Virus genome (UHGV): UHGV-1597594
Source: a virus
DNA length: 61,373 nt
Direction: 5' to 3' (one strand)
Below the pieces are notes generated by a model, which did not search any database, had not been told where the DNA came from, and was given only the letters and a program-made list of their open reading frames with translations. The translations under genes were made by a program, and so were the position numbers. This document shows positions 55,997-61,373 of this stretch, piece after piece. Each line of letters begins with the position of its first letter. Positions within the stretch are counted from its first letter, which is position 1.

Positions 55997-56269
55997 TCAT
56001 TGCTCATGCCAGTGCCTTGTCAAGTCAAACATTGCTTCACGTTGCACCTTTGTGCATTTCGTAGTGCCTGCCACAGCTGTAATATTGAATGTAGCATAAT
56101 TGCTCAAGTTTTGCAACTGGGTCATACGCAAGACTAATTGGCATATTGTATGCGTCAACAACTCTGGTTTGAGCTTTTGCAACAATATGTCAGCAGTTTT
56201 GCTATGTTCAGCAAAGTCACAGTAGGTGACTTGGCCTGATGGACTTAACCAGCAAGATTGCATTGTCAT
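55997..56269 (-). CDS. small hypothetical protein
   Basis: 90-aa ORF; no motif. Confidence 0.4.
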   Translation of the reverse strand: MTMQSCWLSPSGQVTYCDFAEHSKTADILLQKLKPELLTHTICQLVLRMTQLQNLSNYATFNITAVAGTTKCTKVQREAMFDLTRHWHEQ

Positions 56270-56628
56270 TCATTTGGTTGAGGCTCAATTCGCATAACTA
56301 CACGCACAGAATCTCTGTAAGGATACACTGATGCGACAATCAAATACCAACGTTTGTTGTCAACTTTGCCATTTGACTTAATGTATGGCGCTGAAGTAGT
56401 AATGTATCGAGCATGTTTGAATGTCGTATCTACTCTTGCAACAAGACAAGTAGAATCAGTCGCTTGAGCATGCCACACATCAATTTCAGGCAAATGCGTA
56501 TTATGTGCATTGCATACACTATCAACAAATTCTCGTGGTTGCAAAGTGACAGTTGACACATATGTTGGCTTAACTGCGGCACATGCAATGCATGCAATTG
56601 CAATGAACAACAATGTAAATCGTTTCAT
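56266..56628 (-). CDS. putative lipoprotein (signal peptide with Cys lipobox-like site)
   Basis: N-terminus MKRFTLLFIAIACIACAAV; 120 aa. Confidence 0.55.
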   Translation of the reverse strand: MKRFTLLFIAIACIACAAVKPTYVSTVTLQPREFVDSVCNAHNTHLPEIDVWHAQATDSTCLVARVDTTFKHARYITTSAPYIKSNGKVDNKRWYLIVASVYPYRDSVRVVMRIEPQPNE

Positions 56629-56632
56629 ATTC

Positions 56633-56902
56633 TTAGACGTTTTGTAGTTCTACAATATCATATCGCTTATGCAATTCAGACCAGTCACGAACATAGCCAG
56701 TCATAAAGACATGCAACATGTATGGCTTGCTGTCAGCATACTTGACTGCACATGTAGCATCTTTGATTTGCTTGGCAGTTAGCCAAACTTCTGCGTTGTT
56801 ACTTGTGTATACGCAATGATACACAGGCTCTGACAATTCAGTCACTGTGATTTTATTGCCATTGCGCAATATGCATCGTACTTGTTTGTCCATTGCTTGC
56901 AA
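56633..56902 (-). CDS. small hypothetical protein (paralog of 57217-57513)
   Basis: Shares ITEL..PV..C...........L(T)..........Y(M/A)LHV...GYVR.W(S/T)EL with CDS 57217-57513. Confidence 0.45.
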   Translation of the reverse strand: MQAMDKQVRCILRNGNKITVTELSEPVYHCVYTSNNAEVWLTAKQIKDATCAVKYADSKPYMLHVFMTGYVRDWSELHKRYDIVELQNV

Positions 56903-56923
56903 TTTATGATATTGTTAAGATAT

Positions 56924-57226
56924 CTACAAAAAGCAATGCACCATAAAACCCAAGAACATAATTATTGCAGGCTGCATGATGCAATACATAAAGAACTGCG
57001 CAGCAATCGGCAATTCACTGAACTTGTTGACTGTGTCATAATTCTTGAACAATGCCAGTACAAATGATATCCCAATTGCATGCTTAAGCGATAACGCAGT
57101 CAACGCGGGCCACACAGGCATCACAAACCACTCCCAGAAGTTCATAATAATGTAGCCATTCAGAATGTAGCCTAACAGCATGAACATAATGCATGCAACA
57201 GTTGTCAGAAAGTTTTTCATATACAC
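56924..57226 (-). CDS. small membrane protein (holin-like by size and hydrophobicity)
   Basis: 100 aa with three hydrophobic segments. Confidence 0.45.
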   Translation of the reverse strand: MYMKNFLTTVACIMFMLLGYILNGYIIMNFWEWFVMPVWPALTALSLKHAIGISFVLALFKNYDTVNKFSELPIAAQFFMYCIMQPAIIMFLGFMVHCFL

Positions 57227-57513
57227 TCAAGTTTTATGATGTCAGTTCTTAATGATTTGTATGCGGCAAATAATTCAGTCCAGCCTCGTACATAACCAAC
57301 ACCACTGACATGTAATGCATGTGCATCTGGTATTGCATGACAATGTCTTGCATGAGGCTGCTGTTCAAGTTCTGCTTGTGTAAGATAGGCCTTTGATGTG
57401 TCATCATACACAAAGCATGGAAATACTGGCTGTGCAAGTTCTGTTATATCAATGTCTTGACCATTAGATAGCTTTGCAAGATATACTGTATTGGATTGCA
57501 TATTAGCTTGCAT
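57217..57513 (-). CDS. small hypothetical protein (paralog of 56633-56902)
   Basis: See 56633-56902. Confidence 0.45.
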   Translation of the reverse strand: MQANMQSNTVYLAKLSNGQDIDITELAQPVFPCFVYDDTSKAYLTQAELEQQPHARHCHAIPDAHALHVSGVGYVRGWTELFAAYKSLRTDIIKLECI

Positions 57514-57514
57514 A

Positions 57515-58471
57515 TTACATTGAGATGTTAAGAATTCGCTTGACTACAGAATCGATATCATTGTTTGCTGCATTGCCCAATTCCATACGAACATTAGAAT
57601 CAATGAACAAGTCATGAAACGTTGACGCAGCTTGAACAAGATGACACCAGATTGCTCGTCTACACATTGCAAGTTCTCTGTCAGCTTTGCTGCATTGCAT
57701 GAGATACGAGTTTGCTCTATCACTGTAATATGACTGAGCATACTTGCATCGACGTTCAGCGTCATTTACAATGTATGTGTATGGAGTCTTGACGTCAAAG
57801 TAAATTTTGCAATACAATGACTCGTCATCAATTGCAAAGTCATCAATATTGACAGTCAAATCTGTCATTGCATACGTCAAACCTCTGTCATGCAAATATG
57901 CAAACATTGCAGTATAGCATTGATGCAATGTAGCAATCAATGCACATTTGTCAGTTGACTGAACAACTTTGTATGCTGCTTTGATTGCCTTTGCATATAT
58001 GAGCTGCAAACATAGTTCTTTACGACGTAATGCTTTGCGTTCAAATTGTCGCTCATATTTAATGTGCTTACATCTGCGTTTGCGTTCTGTAAGCAACTTC
58101 AACAAGTCAATACGAATGTATTTTGATACATTTGTAACAGCGGTGCCAATACTGCGCCACTGTTCAATGTTGTCAATGTCAAGTTCATGCGCAAGTGAAT
58201 GTGACAATCTGCCGTACATGTATAAGACTTTGCAGTTGTCATCGCATAATGCATACATACAGCATGATGACAGTTCAATGTCATGCTCAAATGTAGCAAC
58301 ATCAACTTCTACTGCAATGTCTGCATTTGCGCGCATACACATTTGAATATCGATATCACTCAAGTACCACTTGAAAAATGAATCAACTTCTGCAGAATGT
58401 TGACTTATGATGCGCTTGAACAGTTTGTTCGATTTCATGCTCGTACGAGTTTGATGACACAATGCCGACAA
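57515..58471 (-). CDS. hypothetical protein
   Basis: 318-aa ORF; no motif. Confidence 0.55.
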   Translation of the reverse strand: MSALCHQTRTSMKSNKLFKRIISQHSAEVDSFFKWYLSDIDIQMCMRANADIAVEVDVATFEHDIELSSCCMYALCDDNCKVLYMYGRLSHSLAHELDIDNIEQWRSIGTAVTNVSKYIRIDLLKLLTERKRRCKHIKYERQFERKALRRKELCLQLIYAKAIKAAYKVVQSTDKCALIATLHQCYTAMFAYLHDRGLTYAMTDLTVNIDDFAIDDESLYCKIYFDVKTPYTYIVNDAERRCKYAQSYYSDRANSYLMQCSKADRELAMCRRAIWCHLVQAASTFHDLFIDSNVRMELGNAANNDIDSVVKRILNISM

Positions 58472-58737
58472 GCTGCAAAAGTACTCAATATTGTTTCTAC
58501 TTTGACACTGTACTGCACGTCAATAATGCGATATGCACCGCATAATGCCGACATTTCTTGACGACGTTCTGCAGGAACATTAACGCTATCTGTCAAATTG
58601 ATGATTGCGCCAATCTGCATAGATGACATGACTGCAAATTGTTCTGGACCTACTTCTGCTTTGCGATATGCGACTTGTTTGTTGTTTTCGCAAATACTGA
58701 ATGCTACTGTATAATCTGGTGTCATGATAGTCGCGTT

Positions 58738-59217
58738 TTATTCATTATCGTCATCATATCCCATGCAATCTTCAAGACTTGCAAAGTCATCATCAAAGTC
58801 ATCGAATTCAGGCTCTTTATTGCACCATTTGTAAGGTGGATTGTTGAGCAATTCAAGCTCTATTGCATTTGACTGTGCAGAAATCGGAACATATTCGAAT
58901 GCTTCGACTGACATGTCAAATTTGATGCAATGCAGCCACGGAAACATATCAGTGTCTTCATGCACAATTGGCTGACGAACATAGTCTTTCATTGCAATGA
59001 ACTTGCTGCCGTTGTCCCAGTCTTTTACAGGAATTTCAAATTGCGATATGACAGTATGACAGCTTTCAAAGAAATTGCAGGATACACCTACAATAACATG
59101 AGAGTCTGTACGTTGGCGTTCTATTGCAAGAAAGTCATGTTTCTTGGAAAGACGAACTTCTCCATGTTTCTCTAAGAAGATTTTAAGAAGTTCTTTGTTA
59201 ATGTCGTTGATGTTCAT
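58738..59217 (-). CDS. hypothetical protein
   Basis: 159-aa ORF, preceded upstream by the promoter-like box at 59250-59288. Confidence 0.5.
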   Translation of the reverse strand: MNINDINKELLKIFLEKHGEVRLSKKHDFLAIERQRTDSHVIVGVSCNFFESCHTVISQFEIPVKDWDNGSKFIAMKDYVRQPIVHEDTDMFPWLHCIKFDMSVEAFEYVPISAQSNAIELELLNNPPYKWCNKEPEFDDFDDDFASLEDCMGYDDDNE

Positions 59218-59382
59218 TGTTGTAGAGATTTTTGTGTACTATATTGATATATGATAATTGTACTACAAAAATCACAAATTTGCACTGATTTGATATATAA
59301 TATGTCAATAAATTTCACATACAAAAGTCTTTTCGCTTATGAAAACTACTCAACTCTGGTTTGAACGCCAGCAGTCAATCGC

Positions 59383-59389
59383 GGGGGGG
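59383..59389 (+). repeat. G7 homopolymeric tract between an upstream ATG (59339) and the downstream ORF
   Basis: gcgggggggc at 59381-59390. Confidence 0.9.
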
Positions 59390-59463
59390 CTCTTCGTGAC
59401 ACTATTATTAGCGGTACTATCAACAAAGCAGATGGTTCACTACTTGAAGCTGCATATGCAACT

Positions 59464-60117
59464 ATGCAAGAAGTCGAATGCTATGATGCTGACACTGGTG
59501 AATTCTTAGCAGGCTCACCTATCACAGTGCAGCCAAATGGCATGCCAACATATAAGTTGACAATTCCTGCAAACAGGCTTGGTGCAGGTGCATTGTCAAT
59601 TTGTTCAGTGTATCTTGATAATGTCAGTGTAAATGACTGTCTACGTTATGGCACTGGCTCCACTTTATATTGCTATGCAGGTCAAGGTGAGACGCTTGAT
59701 AATGTCAATTTGACATGTGGTGATACACTTGCATGCTTACCCTGGATTCACGAAATTCATAGAGGCGATTCAGAGACAAATGAACAACGCATAGCAATTG
59801 TGCTTGATGGCATTGAACATTTTTGCACTGATGAAGACATTCAGCTACTTGCATCGACATTGTCACACCCATTAGAATCATTTGGAGATGACAAAGTGTT
59901 TGCAGGCAAGCCTACGTACTATGACAATTGCTTTGCTGAATGGCTAATGCTCAATGATTTTCAAGCAGGCAACATGGTCGATACGTCTGTCACTGACTGC
60001 ATTTTGCTTATTGCAAATGACCCAGTAGTTGGCAATGACATCTTGATTACTCTTGAGCACATCACATCAGCGTTCAACTTCAATATGTATGACATGACAA
60101 ACTGGAATATGCTGTAA
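59464..60117 (+). CDS. hypothetical protein; full-length form probably starts at ATG 59339 in the +1 frame across the G7 tract
   Basis: ORF-track ORF starts at an internal Met; reading from ATG 59339 with one extra G in the tract gives a stop-free, in-frame extension (MKTTQLWFERQQSIAGGALRDTIISGTINKADGSLLEAAYAT-MQEVE...). Confidence 0.6.
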   Translation: MQEVECYDADTGEFLAGSPITVQPNGMPTYKLTIPANRLGAGALSICSVYLDNVSVNDCLRYGTGSTLYCYAGQGETLDNVNLTCGDTLACLPWIHEIHRGDSETNEQRIAIVLDGIEHFCTDEDIQLLASTLSHPLESFGDDKVFAGKPTYYDNCFAEWLMLNDFQAGNMVDTSVTDCILLIANDPVVGNDILITLEHITSAFNFNMYDMTNWNML

Positions 60118-60130
60118 TGAACTGCAAATG

Positions 60131-60166
60131 CACAAAAAGACTCAGCAATATTGCTGAGTCTTTTTG
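60131..60166. terminator. bidirectional intrinsic terminator
   Basis: aaaaagactcagcaatattgctgagtcttttt: 11-bp perfect stem, 2-nt loop, flanking A5 and T5. Confidence 0.75.
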
Positions 60167-60237
60167 TGTGCACTGTGACGCGCTTAATTGATACAGTCTA
60201 AGTGTAACATAGTCTGAAATGTTTACAAATTTACTTA

Positions 60238-60702
60238 TCAAATACCAATGTATATTGCGTATTCTGATGTTTTGATATCATCAGCGTCAAATTCAATTTC
60301 ACCATAGTTTTCATCACCTTGTGTTGCTATGATATGTGTAGCAAGCTTAACTTCATCATAGTACAAATCATAGAACACTTGCGTGCCTTTGTAAATTGTG
60401 ATAGCTGTGTTATTATCATACAACACTGGCGTCACTGTTTTAACAGGACCAACTTCTTGTGGCAAGGCCCTATCAAGAAATGTCAGTCTAATTGGTGTAG
60501 TGTACCGAGTATAAATATGCACGGTGAACTGCTTTAACAGCTTTCTTTGTTGGAGGGCTTGTTGTGCCCCCCCCCCAGTTACGAGGGATTTGCATATGAA
60601 TTGAGTTTTTGAAGTGAGTTGAGTTTTGATGCAAGATGCAAAACAACTAAGATGTTGTTTTGATATGTACATATGGGCAGTCAAAATATATAAAACAAAC
60701 AA
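60238..60702 (-). CDS. hypothetical protein with G10 tract near the 5' end; N-terminal boundary unreliable
   Basis: GGG codons (VTGGGAQQ) are the 10-nt homopolymer at 60567-60576; the 42 aa upstream look non-protein-like; an ATG (atgcaaatccctcgtaactgg) just upstream of the tract is out of frame by one. Confidence 0.4.
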   Translation of the reverse strand: MFVLYILTAHMYISKQHLSCFASCIKTQLTSKTQFICKSLVTGGGAQQALQQRKLLKQFTVHIYTRYTTPIRLTFLDRALPQEVGPVKTVTPVLYDNNTAITIYKGTQVFYDLYYDEVKLATHIIATQGDENYGEIEFDADDIKTSEYAIYIGI

Positions 60703-60760
60703 TTTAATAATTTGAAAAACTCATAAGCTTTATGACATTCAAATTGAACTGGGGGGGGGG
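60567..60760. repeat. 14-bp inverted repeat with homopolymers (C10-agtt ... aact-G10) flanking a ~170-bp AT-rich segment
   Basis: ccccccccccagtt at 60567-60580 and aactgggggggggg at 60747-60760 are exact reverse complements. Confidence 0.85.
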
Positions 60761-60869
60761 TCACATATCTGGCTCAATCTCTTGTTGTAACGTAGGTGAC
60801 ATTGCATTCGATGAAAAGTTTGCAGTGTTGCTTTCATGTCACATTGCATAACTTAAAACATCGAAACAT

Positions 60870-61277
60870 ATGGCAGTTCAAACACGTTCGGTACTCAAGA
60901 CATATTTTGAAACCGGAGATAAACCCACCTCAGCACAATTTGGCGACCTCATTGATAGTGCGTTGATGGCGAAAGCAACGCTTGAATCTGCGTCATTTAA
61001 TGCAGTCGCAAACACAGTGCATAATATAACGACATCGTCAGCAATAACATGCACATTGTCAAACTTAACATATGGCGAATCATGTGTTATTAATCGAGTA
61101 GGCAATGCGACAGTTTGCAATGCGACAACAACATTTGCATTCAATAATGGGCCATTGTACTATGCAGCGGGCTACTCAGATGTATCAGCAGATGCTACGG
61201 GTGCAATGTCATATGCAATTCTTATTGCAGGTAACACAACTCGTTGGGTGTTAATCAATCGCGCTTTCTACAAATAG
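60870..61277 (+). CDS. hypothetical protein (N-terminus MAVQTR shared with the next gene)
   Basis: ATG at 60870; 135 aa. Confidence 0.55.
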   Translation: MAVQTRSVLKTYFETGDKPTSAQFGDLIDSALMAKATLESASFNAVANTVHNITTSSAITCTLSNLTYGESCVINRVGNATVCNATTTFAFNNGPLYYAAGYSDVSADATGAMSYAILIAGNTTRWVLINRAFYK

Positions 61278-61354
61278 CAGACATACTTGAATGAAATTGT
61301 TCGAGCTTGTCTGCAATACAAATAACAGACAAACTTCAAACAATTTCTCATACT

Positions 61355-61373
61355 ATGGCTGTACAAACAAGAA
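61355..61373 (+). CDS. partial CDS, 5' end only; begins MAVQTR like CDS 60870-61277
   Basis: atggctgtacaaacaaga at 61355 encodes MAVQTR; truncated by the window end. Confidence 0.35.

Noticed and set aside
60238-60702. Taking the full 154-aa ORF-track translation as the real protein
   Set aside because: The 42 residues before the G10 tract read like translated intergenic sequence, and an ATG immediately upstream of the tract is one frame off; the gene is kept at low confidence with an uncertain N-terminus.
1-61373. tRNA genes, rRNA genes, integrase or attachment sites
   Set aside because: No tRNA-like conserved boxes (such as GTTCGAATC) were seen in intergenic regions, and no tyrosine or serine recombinase motifs in any ORF; a true absence would need tRNAscan and HMM searches.

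Overview
This 61.4-kb window reads as a segment of a virulent dsDNA phage genome. About 65 genes are packed almost entirely on the minus strand, with three short plus-strand islands (13.3-13.7 kb, 59.3-60.1 kb, 60.9-61.4 kb) bounded by hairpin terminators. No rRNA, tRNA, CRISPR array or integrase was recognised. All calls come from reading the supplied ORF translations and the DNA by eye; no database search, alignment or statistic was run, and start coordinates are approximate because the ORF track also opens ORFs at TTG. Recognisable content: (i) a family-B DNA polymerase split into two separate genes (exonuclease + motif A at 7798-9303; motifs B, C and KKKY at 3145-4437) by a ~3.4-kb cassette carrying dUTPase-like, MazG-like and homing-endonuclease-like genes; (ii) nucleotide metabolism with two ThyA-family paralogs, one of which has Asp where thymidylate synthase has its uracil-specifying Asn, plus dCMP deaminase, a Tmk-like kinase and thioredoxin; (iii) three GT-B-like glycosyltransferase genes in a partly duplicated module at 37.9-46.9 kb. 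Together (ii) and (iii) look like a T4-like hydroxymethyl-pyrimidine plus glycosylation DNA-modification system in a phage that is otherwise not T4-like; this is the strongest candidate for a novel system and it remains inference. Other items: DinG-like and DEAH-box helicases, a fused SbcD-SbcC nuclease, a DnaQ-like exonuclease, a virion/tail-fibre-like block (13.7-24 kb) and a possible lysis cassette with a papain-like peptidase. Non-coding signals worth attention are a recurring promoter-like motif, a shared palindromic leader before two replication genes, a 56-bp perfect hairpin between tail-fibre-like paralogs, and four G/C homopolymer tracts of 7-10 nt, one of which separates an ATG from a downstream ORF by exactly one frame. 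Shine-Dalgarno sequences were absent at the starts inspected, which is compatible with (not proof of) a Bacteroidetes-type host.
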